From NCBI GenBank assembly GCA_010356995.1, contig ML996688.1, forward strand, positions 1,586,579-1,650,578: DNA of 64,000 nucleotides, given 5' to 3'. Of this stretch, positions 25,584 to 37,000 are shown one piece after another; the first letter of the stretch is position 1; the number at the start of each line of letters is the position of its first letter. Under the pieces are notes generated by a model. That model was not told the DNA's origin. It was given only the letters and a program-made list of their open reading frames with translations, and searched no databases. The DNA comes from Trichodelitschia bisporula (lineage: Eukaryota). Made by a program: the position numbers and the translations under genes.

Positions 25584-27375
25584 ATGGCCGACTCCAAGGT
25601 CGCCGCGCTGCCAGAGCACTTGGAGAGCTCGGTGAAAGCCAACGACATCAACGATGAGCAAAAGCGACTCATGACCCGGCGCATTCTCCTAAAGCTAGAC
25701 ACGCAGTACGTCCCAATTACCCAACTCAACCAGCCAGACGCCTAACCCCCCAGCGTCCTCCCCGTCCTCGCCCTCATGTTCCTATGCTCCTTCCTCGACC
25801 GCACCAACGTCGGCAACGCCAAAATCCTCGGCCTAGAAAAGGACATCCACATCACCAATCGGCAGTACGACCAAGGTCTCGCCGTCTTCTACGCGACGTA
25901 CATCGCAAGGTACGCTTACCCTTCATGAGCGCAAGGCTGGCGCCCAGCTTACCCGCCTAGCGAATTGCCCAGTAATCTTGTGCTGAAAAGGGTCTCGCCG
26001 AGAATATGGCTGCCCTTTTTGACTTTCGCCTGGGGCGTCATAGCGATGTGTCTGGGGTTCATTCGGGATTTCGCTAGCTTTATGGCTGTGCGGGCGCTGT
26101 TGGGGTTTGCGGAGGGTGGGCTGCTCCCGGGCATGGTGCGTATCATCACTTCCGCCTTTCCTGTCTCATGCAAGGCAGGTGCTTTATCTCTCCGGGATGT
26201 ACACGCGGGGCGAGATGGCCCTGCGCATCGGCCTGTTTTACACGGCGGCCTCGCTTTCCGGGGCTTTTGGGGGACTGCTGGCGCGCGGGTTGTCGGCTAT
26301 TGGGCCTAGGGGGGGACTCGAGGGGTGGCGGTGGATATTCATTATTGAAGGTCTGATCACCGTTGTCTGCGCTCTGGTAGCGTACATCTTCCTCCCAGGG
26401 AGTCTGGAAACGGCTGCCTTTCTGAGCGTTGATGAGCGCGTATACGCGGCGCGGAGATTGGCTGGGGACGTTCCTGCAGGCCATGAGGACCGATTCAGCG
26501 CAAACACGGAGCGCGATGAACGATTCCAGTGGTCAGAGGTGCGGCGGGGCATCTTCAACGTACAGGTCTGGCTGACAGCAACTGCGTACTTCGCCATTCT
26601 CTCAGGACTGTACTCCTTCGGTCTTTTCGTGGGTCTCCACATGATACACGAAGCCACAGCTGACCCTCTAGCTTCCCACCATCATCAATGCTCTTCACAT
26701 TACCTCCGGGCCTAACGAGACGCAGCTCTGGAGCGTGATCCCGTACGCCGTAGCCACTCCCGTAACCGGTTCGTCCCCCCCACCCATAACAACCCCGCGC
26801 TAAGCCTCAGTCTTCATCGCACTCCTCTCCGACCGCCTGCGCCTCCGCGGCGTGATCATGCTCTTCACCCTCCCCGTCGCCATCATCGGCTACGCCGTGA
26901 TTGCCAACGTCTCGAACCCACGGGTCAAGTTCGGGATGACCTGTCTCATGGCCACGGGGCTGTACAGCAGCGTGCCGTGCATCCTGGGGTGGAACTCGAA
27001 TAACTCGGCTGGGCATTATAAGCGGGCGACGACGTCGGCGCTTCAACTTGCTGTGGCGAATTGCGGGGGGTTTGTTGCTAGTGAGTGCAGTTGGTGGCTT
27101 TAATGAGGATGAAACTGATGGCGCAGCGTTTATTTACCCGTCGAAGCAGGGCCCGAGATATCACCAGGGACATACTGATGTGCTGGGATTGCTGGTTTAT
27201 GCGTGGTTTGCGTAAGTCGGCTCCCTATGTTTGGTTCATGTCCACTGATGGAAGCAGCATCCTGCTTAATGTCTTTTACTGTAGGAAGATCAACAGGGAT
27301 AAGGCAAAGGGGAAGTATGATGCCTATGAAGGAAGCGGGGATGATCGAGATCCCAAGTTCAAAATGATACTATGA
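25584..27375 (+). CDS. MFS transporter, allantoate/nicotinate permease (ACS/Tna1-like) family; multi-exon
   Basis: RRILLKLD, FLCSFLDRTNVGNAKI, ELPSNLVLK, RALLGFAEGGLLPG, YTRGEMALRIGLF, LEGWRWIFIIEG, NNSAGHYKRA, GDDRDPKFKMIL. Several short introns. Confidence 0.9.
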
Positions 27376-28074
27376 GCATGTTTAGAAAAGGGCTGGCTGC
27401 TGCTCAGTGTGCTCAGTAATTAGGGAATACTTATTCTGAAGTGTCTAAGATAACTTCCCGGGTCGTTGGAGAGCATTCGCGGAAGCCGGATATGCAAGCG
27501 GTGCTTCGGAGAGGTTTCCGGTCAAAAGACATCGTGGGGCTGTGCGATGTACATCGCCTCGATGCTATTGATTCTTGCAAATCAAAGGGCCTCCAGAAGA
27601 GGAGCGAAATATCTCGAGATGTGCAGAAGGGTTATCACATGCTGGTTGTACAGCACTGTTGTTTGTTGTGTTTATCCGTTACTCCGATCCTCCAGAATCC
27701 TCCTGAATGACATCAGATTGGTTGATGTCGCTGCCCGCCCATTGTTGGCTGCAGGAAGAGGGCGGCCGAAGCTCGGGCCAATCAAATATGCGGACGGCAG
27801 TCCGGCTTTGAGATGCCATCATGCACGCTTGAGGTGTCAACCTGCGTCGCAACTCATACTTGACAACATTCACACCACGCGTCCGACTATCGTCCTCCAC
27901 CGCATCGTCGGTGTCTGCCTCCCCATACATGGCAGCCTACCGAACCTCTGACTAGGTGCGTTGCGCGTACCCCGGACTGCGCCTCGCATCCTGCGCTTTC
28001 TCCATACTTAAGGCCTGGCTAACGTTGATGACGCGGTAGACCACGACCCAACGGTTCCTCGTGGCACCGCGGCT

Positions 28075-30266
28075 ATGAGAGTTCCCGTGAATTCCAATGC
28101 CGCCGCCGGCCCCTCTTTCTTTGCGCAAACATTGATCTTCGTCGGGAATCTTATTCCGGATAGAAACGACACTGCGCGCTGGGACTCCTTGATCGGGATC
28201 ACCACGGCCATCTGCGGCAATATCCTCATTTCCATCGCTCTGAACACCCAGCGCTATGCACATATAAAGCTCAACCAGCAGCTGGAGGAGGAACAGCGGA
28301 ACCTGAAGCGTGCGCGGAGGCGGGTCGCCAGCGATGGGCAGGGCACCCGGAATGTAGATCGACACAAGGAGAGACGGCGCGACGAGCCACACGCGCGGAA
28401 TGGGCATGCATTTGGCGAAGGCGATGGTGAAGAGGAGGCCGGAGAGTCGGAGCCTTTGCTCGCCTCTAGGGATTCCGAGGACTACGGTGAACCTGACAGT
28501 CCCGTACGCGATGTCGAAGCGCAGCCGGAAGTCCTGCGGCGCAAGTCGTACCTGAAGTCTCCATATTGGTGGGCCGGTATCATTCTGATGACGGTTGGAG
28601 AAGCTGGAAACTTTCTGGCATACGGTTTCGCACCCGCGTCCATCGTGTCGCCCCTTGGGGTGGTCGCATTGATCTCGAACTGCGTCATCGCGCCCTTTTT
28701 TCTGAAGGAGAAATTCCGCAAACGAGACTTTTTTGGGGTGCTGGTGTCGGTGGCTGGAGCTGTCACGGTTGTTCTCAGCGCAAAGGATAGCAACCCGAAG
28801 CTTGGACCTGACGAAATCTGGGACCTTATCGCCCGGTGGGAGTTTGAGACATATCTTGGCATCACAGTCGCCGTTATCATTGCTTTGATGTTCGCCAGCA
28901 CGAACTATGGCCGGAAGTCTATCTTTATTGATCTTGGCCTGGTCGGCCTCTTTGGTAAGTTGGCTATTCCTGCAGTGTAGCCTTGACTGACCATATAGGT
29001 GGATATACGGCGCTGTCAACGAAGGGTGTTGCCTCGATGCTATCCTACACTCTTTTCCGGGCCTTGACCTTCCCGATCACCTATCTTCTTATTCTGGTTC
29101 TCCTCTTCACTGCCGTCATGCAGATCAAGTACATCAACAGGGCTCTCAAACGGTTCGATGCCACGCAAGTGATCCCGACTCAGTTCGTCATGTTCACCTT
29201 GTCCGTCATCCTTGGGAGTGCCATTTTGTACCGGGATTTTGAAAGGGAATCTAGCGGAGACGCCGGAAAGTTTATTGGCGGCTGCGCCATGACATTTCTC
29301 GGTGTGTACTTCATCACGAGCGGGCGACACTCCGATCCGGAAGAGGAGGACGAGCCATATGACGTTGAAGGAGACGAAGCCATCGGACTGGTTCGTGGAA
29401 GCCTCGATCGAGACGCCGAGAATGCCCCTGATTCTGGACATAGGACCTCGCTCGGCAATGGGGAACAGTCAGCGGCTAGGGTGCACGACTCCTACCGCGA
29501 TGACGACGAGTCGACAATCTCACCCCCAGAATCCCCAACCTTTCATGCAGCGCAACCTCCACGGGTATCTCCCATGAGTGTGCCAGAAGAAGACCCATTC
29601 GACGACCCCCACACCCCCTCCGAGCCCGTCTCCGCAACACCCTCCTCCCTCGTCAACAACCCCTGGATCGAACCCGAAGACTACACCAGCCGCGCCCGCC
29701 AAACCCTCTCCTCCATGCTCCAACCACTCACCAAAACCCTCCCCTCCGCCGAACACGAGCCCCTCCCCAACACTCTAAGCAAAACGAACTCCACCCCCAC
29801 TCTCCCCACCGAACGTCCCTCCACGCCCCCCAACCGCGCCTCTCTCGATCTGACCAACACACCGCATAACATCCACGAGCATCCCAACTTTTCGCACCAG
29901 TCTATCGCGGCTATATTCACCGGTCCTCTGACATCCCCGCTGTCGTCGCCCCTTACCGCTGTTGTGGCCGACTCGCTCCGGCGTGGCGTCGATATTGCGA
30001 CGTTCAAGCCGCGCCGGAGTCGGGCAAGAGGTCATGCCGCGCCGCATACGGCAGGGAGTCGGTTAAGGCCCCGTGGGAACTCAGAGAGTACGGTGACTAC
30101 GCCACCGCGCGGGAGCGAGAATACTGCCCCTGCGGTAGAAGCAAGCCGTAGACGAAGTCTAAGTGTCACATTCAACGATTTGTTCCGAAGGAAGGGGAAG
30201 AAGCCTGATCAGCGGCCACCTGGCGCGGGAGAACCGGCTGAGGAAGGCGCTGGCGAGGCGGCATGA
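28075..30266 (+). CDS. NIPA/DUF803 magnesium transporter family protein
   Basis: GNILISIALNTQRYAH, YLKSPYWWAG..GEAGNFLAYGFAPASIVSPLG, YINRALKRFDATQVIPTQFV. Intron 28955-28998. Confidence 0.92.
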
Positions 30267-31247
30267 AGGGCAAATATGCATATTCCTTCTTTATTTTGAG
30301 CATTTTCGGCGTTTGCTCGTTTCTCACTTTGGCGGTTCCTCGTTGCACTAGAGAGCTTGGTGGCCGGCCTGAAGCATTCGTGTTGAAATTTTTTTTCTTT
30401 GCTTCGTATATTGCTCTTCGATTGTGTTTGCGATCTGTGATACCCTCTCTTTCTAGGCTTTAGATAGATCGTCTTGTGTGCTGCGAGACCGTGGACGGAG
30501 GTTAGTGTTGTGGATAGCTATTGTAATGGATGGCCTAGGGGGTGAGACCCATTCGGCTATCGTTGTGCAATCCACGTCAACGGTGCACACATCCCCATAT
30601 CTCGGCTATCTTCCAGCAAAGCGGAGCGAATGTCACCCGGTAATGACAACTCCGGGGACCAAATTGGCACATGACGCAAGCGAGCACGTAACCCAGCACA
30701 TACGGCCACAGGTCGAAGAGAACACCAGTCCCCGTCTGCTCACTGAAGTTAAGCTTCGAACCGGTTGACTAGTAGTTGCGTGGGTGACCAGCAGCGAATC
30801 CCAACTGCTGTATGTTTTTGCCTTGTCCTTTTTTGCTGGTTGTGGATGTGGATGGGAGGGGTGAAAAGGGAAGGCTGCTGGGGGAAGGCTCGACCGGGCG
30901 TTGCTCCGATCCTCAACCAAGCCGGCCGGCTTATGTACCACATGGCACTTGGCCTGTGGGAGAAGTTAGCTAGTTGAGAACTGGACGCCTGGTAGCCAAA
31001 TTTTCTTTTGGTTGGAGGCTCTGCAGAATATAACCGATGCTGGCTATTCCGACAACAGGTTGGGACCTCTCAGGTGGTGCGGACTGCTTAAATACGGAAC
31101 AGGAGTGTTGCTATTAACTAGAGACCATGAAGGGTTTCGTACGAGACTCGTTCTATGCTCGTGGGGGTATTGTGAAGGACTAAGGACAAAGTGATTGCTC
31201 CGACAACACCGAACAACGCCTAAAGCAATGATGTATGCTTATGATGC

Positions 31248-31849
31248 TCAGCCTTGTGACGGCGGCTTCGGCTCCTCCCGCCCAAACATCCATGCGTCCT
31301 TCTCCATGGAGCGGAACATGCGATCGCGACTCGACCTCAGCGCCGCAATGTACTCTATCCGCGTAAGCCCAGCTCAAGATTCAGTACGAACGAGGGAATG
31401 CACACATACCCTCCATCCCTTCCGGCGGCAAATCGTCCACCTGAATCAACTCACGAAACATAGTAATCGACTGATCCTCTGCCTCTGCCCCACATCAGCC
31501 CTATTCAAATCTCTCAGCCATACTCGGGGTAGCAGCACATACTCTCCTCTTCATCCTCCGGCTCCCCTATCAGTGGCTCCACTTTCGGCATATCAACGCG
31601 CCAATTCCCCTTATCGTCCCGCTCCGCCGGCTCCTCCTCCGGAGACAGCTTCTTCTTGACAGGTGCCGTGCCTGTCGCGGGTGCCGCGGCCGTCCGCGAT
31701 TTGCGCGTGCTGGTGCTGGATACGGGCGGCGCCATGGGTCGCCGCAGGTTGGTACTGAAGAGTGTGCGCCGGATTGAGGTTGAGGTGGTGGTTGTGGTGT
31801 TTGAGGGGGCGGCGCGGGTGCGGGAGGGAGCGGCGGTGGAGGGCGGCAT
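31248..31849 (-). CDS. Small 3-exon protein, possibly APC16/Apc9-like anaphase-promoting complex subunit
   Basis: MPPSTAA..IRRTLF..ERDDKG..; two GTATGT-donor introns restore the frame to KAEDQSITMFRELIQV..EEYIAALRSSRDRMFRSMEKDAWMFGREEPKPPSQG*. The gene model is well supported; the function is inferred. Confidence 0.6.
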
Positions 31850-32275
31850 GCTGGGTGCCTTGCTTGGGGGGTGTTTTATGCGGGCGCGGGGAGGCGAGAT
31901 GATGCGCGTGGCGATCGGAGGTGGTACAGAATGGGTAGGGAAAGCGCGGTTGGAGGGCAGGGCTGGAGGGAGATGGGATTAAAGGAGGTAAAGGGAATAT
32001 AGCAGGTGGGTATGCGAGTGGATGGGTTCAAACTATGCTGCACCATGGGGTGGAGAAACGGGTGAGAGTTACGTTGGTGTTTGTTGTTCGTGTGCGGTTG
32101 GAATTGGGTTTCCACGCGGCGACCGTTGTTGCGGGGCGGCGCGCGGTTAGAGGTTCGGACTGGGGTCCGATCTTGGGCTTGCGGACGACGACGCGCGGGG
32201 CGTGACTGCACTTCCTCTTGCGAACACGCCATAGGCAAGGCTTTGATGCTGAGGGGCTACGCGAAGGCCGTCAAA

Positions 32276-34064
32276 ATGTCACAGATATTCCATTTTCCAC
32301 TTCAGCCGCTGCAGCGGTTTACCAGTGGGGGCGCGGCGGCGATAAAAATGCCCAAGGTAGGCGCGACGATGCGATGGATGGCATGGAAGTGCTGATGGCC
32401 GCAAAGGAGATCACGCACTTTTCCTACGATGATAGGCATGAATACCGCCCGGATGATTCATCCATGACTTATTATTATCCCCCGGAACTGGGGGTCGATT
32501 TGTCTGCGGGATTTAAGGACTTCGTGAAGCTGGATGATACAAGGGATGATCATTTGGAGGGGCTGTTGAGGGCGCTTATGACGGTAGAGGAGAAGGAGGG
32601 GAAGTTGCGTGTGGTTGACTTCATTACGTGGAGAGGCATGATGACGAAGGTGAGGAGTGCTCGGGGTGATATGCAAGGTTGCGGAGATGGCTAATTGTTC
32701 TAGATAATGACTACGCCATATGACAATTTTGATGGGTAGGCCCGGCTTCATGGAGTTGGTATGACTTTGCTGAGCGGCGATAGGTTTGAGATGAATGCGA
32801 CGCGCTTCCAGGTATGCTATTCCGAATGGTAGTCGGGGTAATCACTGATGAAGCATAGGACACGATGTAAGTTGAACGTCCCAATCTGTACGATTTGCCT
32901 TCGGGGCGTTGTGGGTGGGCTCTGAACCGTCTACGGCAGCTGCCTGTGATCTTCGGGACTATGATATCCGGCATAGAGCAGCTCTATTCCGAAAGCGCCC
33001 CTCCGCTATCATGCCCCGAGGCAATCGTCCTACGCCAACCTGACGCAGCAAGGATGAATAGCAATGCTAACTAGATCAAGCTTCATCGAAGAAGACCACG
33101 CCGCCAAGTTGGCCCGCGTTCGCGAGCAAAATGCCAACAGACGCAGACCGCCGCCGGGAGCTCCAACTCCAGATGTGCAGTCGTATTGGGGTCAGTGTGA
33201 TCGGTCACCTGGCAATAGACTCGGCTGCTCACAGTGATCCCAGGGTACAAGTTCGAGACTCTGTCTGTCATTCCAGATATCATGGACAATGTTTCGAGGG
33301 ATTACATTGAAACCCGACCCAAAATGGTCGTCAACAACCACGCTCAGTACTGCTCTGTCGTCATGACTGGCTTCACTCCAACTAGCATGATATTAGGGGG
33401 CGAGGTCGATGCAAGTATGCCACTCCGATCCCATGTGCAGGATGGCTCGTCCACATTCTATTGCCTTTGGCTCTCCCGAAATGCTTTCGTACTCTGGCTA
33501 ATTCTTTCCATAGTTTGGGACCGCCGTCCCGATGACCCCGATCAACCGATCAACTGGGTCGAGCTCAAAACATCTCAAGAGATCTATAACGACGGCGACC
33601 GTCTTAGATTTGAACGAAAGCTATGCAAGTTCTGGGCCCAGTCTTTCCTGCTCGGTGTGCCTAAAATCATCGTCGGGTACCGGACGCGGGACGGTCTCCT
33701 GAAGCGTCTCGAGGAGCTGAACACACGAACGATTCCCGGGATGGTCAAGCGGAAAGGCAACAACAGCTGGGACGGGAATCTGTGCATCAACTTCGCTGCT
33801 GCCTTCTTGAAATGTGAGTCCTAGTTTACCGCTACGGCGTCAGCCGTGGTCCAACTTCCCGGTTTGCCATATACTAACATGGATTTAGTTCTCAAAGAGA
33901 CCATCACGTCCGAGGGTGTGTGGAAGATCCGCCGCCAGCAGAAATCGCCGGTGATTGAGGTCTTCCAAACAGAAGCACAAGGGACGGGCGAGATCCTGTC
34001 TAAGGAATTCCTGGAATGGAGGACGCAGCGGTATCCTCAGAAAATAGCCCAAATGCTGAATTGA
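32276..34064 (+). CDS. RAI1: Rai1/DXO-family decapping exoribonuclease (9 exons)
   Basis: EITHFSYD, FITWRGMMTK, FIEE, WGYKFE, GGEVDA, WVELKT, KFWAQSFLLGVPKIIVGYR. Exons 32276-32356, 32407-32649, 32704-32735, 32784-32811, 32859-32866, 33081-33190, 33244-33414, 33514-33813, 33889-34064. Confidence 0.93.
32890..33028 (+). ncRNA. Putative structured intronic RNA element in RAI1 intron 5
   Basis: Arms ACGATTTGCCTTCGGGGCGT (32890-32909) and ATGCCCCGAGGCAATCGT (33011-33028) pair over ~18 bp with 2 bulges. Internal hairpin ATAGAG-cag-CTCTAT at 32973-32987. Confidence 0.45.
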
Positions 34065-37000
34065 GCGACTGCTCGTCCATCTCCTGCCACAGTACGTCGA
34101 TGTCCGAACCCGATATCGGGTCGTAGCACTAACACAAGCCCGTAGATCTCGGCCATACGCTCCATTCCGCATATAGCGAGCTAAAGCATATGCTATACTC
34201 GATTCCCTTGCCGTCGTACTAACTCCCATATCTCCCCCACTATCCAACAAGCCCCTCAACCGCCCCACCCATCCGATCTCACCCCACTCCTCCCCATCGC
34301 CATCGCCCATCGCGGCCCAACCGTTCTAGAATCCGCTCACTCCTCAAACCGTTCTTACTCGTACGGCACCCCCATCTCACCACCGCCATCCCGTTCACCC
34401 CACCACCGCATAGTATTATAATTAAAGGACCTATACAAACACCAGACCCACACCCGCCCTTCCGCCCCTCCCCGGATCTAACCTCTAGGGCCCCCCTCCC
34501 CCGCGATAGCACTGACCCCGCGCATGAAGGCTGACTCGCCATGGTCCCACCCCCCCCCCTTTCTGCGGGGTCTTCGCCCGCTCACCGGCAACCGCTCGCC
34601 ACTGGTGCGTTTGGATCCGCCGCGAGCTCACCAGCAGCTGGTCGTGCTCGCCACGTCGGTGCTCGCCACTGGTGCGCCTGGACCCGGCGGCAAGTGCCGG
34701 CGATACCGCGATACCGCGCGCACACCCCTCTAGCCGCACGTCCCTCCGTAGCCGCGTCACCCGCGTTGCGCACTCAGGCACACTCCGCCGTGCCCTCCGG
34801 ACTTTCCCACGGGCCCGCCGGTCCTGTTTCCTCCGGCCTGTGTCTTCCGGTCAGCGCCCTCCGCGTCCTCCCTACGCTCTATGCGCCGCCGATCAACGTC
34901 TCGCTTGATCGCTACTGCACCGCGGCGTCGGGTCCCCGCGCCCGGAGCCGTGCTTCTAGAAGGCCGTGCCCGAAGAGGGGGGTATATGTGAAACGCGGGT
35001 GTGGGCAGTGGGGTAGGCGGGCTTCGTCTGTCTGAGACGTGAGGGCGGTGCGTTTTGTCTGATACGCGGGACGATCATACTGGCTTTGAGAGGTGGGATG
35101 TGGGGGAACTGTGGTTCGGTGACGGAGGGGGAGGAGGGGGAGGGGGGATGGTGGGATGGGGTGACGGCGTAATGGATGGTGGTGGTAGTGGTGGGTAGAT
35201 TTTCATTGAGTGATCTCTGGCGATACTCCCGCTGCATACGTGCTTGCATGCTGCAATGATAGCACCGAAATGGACACGTCCCAGCTCCCCTCTCCTATCT
35301 AGACACGTTGTCCGATCCCTAGGGCGGTCGTCACGAGAGCACTCAGCGCACCTGCGGGAAATGAGCACACCCTCACGATCCTCCACCCCGCATCGATCCT
35401 ACCTGACTCTCCGCGTACATATGTCAGGTACACGATCCCCCATCGCCTCCATCACACCCAGACCCTTCGCTAGAACACCGTTAGGCACCCAGGCCTTCCA
35501 TCCTGCTAACCAGCCTACTACCCCCGCTCGCGGTAGTGCTTCAGGTCATGCACCCCCCGCATCCGCGTTTGAACTACCCAGCCCGGCAAGCTCGCTCGGC
35601 CAGACCCGAGAGCGCCGCGAAAGCGGGGGATCAAACTGTGGAACAACTTCACGGCTCTGCGCTGCGAGCTGCTGAGACGCAGCATCGGGAACAGCGGGAC
35701 GAATCGGCGCTTTTTGCGCGACCCACTGCTGCAAGTAAAGGGCACAGCAAGCGCGGGATCATGCTCCGGCAGCGGGAATAGGAGGGCGGGCCGCGACTCG
35801 GGGCCTGCGCTGGGAGTCCGAGGACGCCGGCGTGCGCTGTGCGGCGGGGAGATGCGGGGGAGGGGCGAGTGGAGAGAGGTGGGCTGGAGTACATGCGCTT
35901 CGGAGGATTTCTCCAGCGGCGATGCAATGCTTCGCTTTCCTGCGCGGTGCTCTGCTGCTACTGCCGCTGGTTGCTTGGGCCGCTACTCGCTGATGCTACT
36001 TGCTGAGGGAAGAGAGGGTGTTGGCGACTCAGGCGCCCGCAGGCGTGGCGAAGTCATGCGCAATGCAGGCCGGGGCGGGGGCCGGGTGCAATCTATACTG
36101 GCGAGGATGATGGAGGATGATGGAGTTGTATGCAGGTACTTTACAATCCCTGCGCTGCTTGCATTGGTGTGCTGCGGTATGCTTCTCGCTACCCTGGGCA
36201 TGACGGGAGGAAGTTGGTTGTGTATCGTGGATGAATGATCTAAGCCGCGCCACCTTGTTTTTCGTCAGCCATGCCATGCTGCGTGCCGCAGCGGCTGCGT
36301 AGTGTTGCGCGCTATCGATACGAGCCGGCGGGGATCGCGGGGTTGCTATTCGCAGCCCGCGAGAGATGCTTCGAGACCCCCATCCCCGCGCTGGCGCAAG
36401 ACTACGCAGTACGCCATCGTACTAAGGCGGCGGGCGCAAAGTTTCACAAGTCTCGATGGCTGGAGAGGCGTGCTTCCCCGGATGTCTCAGGGCTCGTTGA
36501 AGAAAAAGAGGCTTACTGCCGGCCGGTGTTTCCGAGGCAAGGCTGAAGAACGCCCGCTTTCCATCGCTGCTGAGGAAGGCATGCATGTGTTGCAACCAGT
36601 TTCGTTGCTCCCAAATCGGGAGTGCGCTGACAACAAGAATCCATCCCCAACATGAGACTGCCGAACAACCCAGTTGCCTCGTTTACTTGGCATGAAGATG
36701 GAGATTACTTTAGATTGTTTGACATGATGCCCTTGGCCGCAGCAGGTGTAACCGGGTTTACTAACGAACTTTGCGGGGGAGAGAGACTGGGGATGAGAAT
36801 TCGGGTCTCGATAGATGAGGTGTAGATGGAATAAATGGAGCGGCACGAGGTGGCGCCGCGGTAGTCGCGGGAAAAGCGACAAGGCGGAGGCTGGTCAAGC
36901 GTGTGCAAGCCGACCCGACGAATGATGCTGGGGAAGCTTTTCTTAATATCCAGCCTCCCCGAAGTGGCATCGCGGGGTCATGCGCTACGCAAATCTTTGC

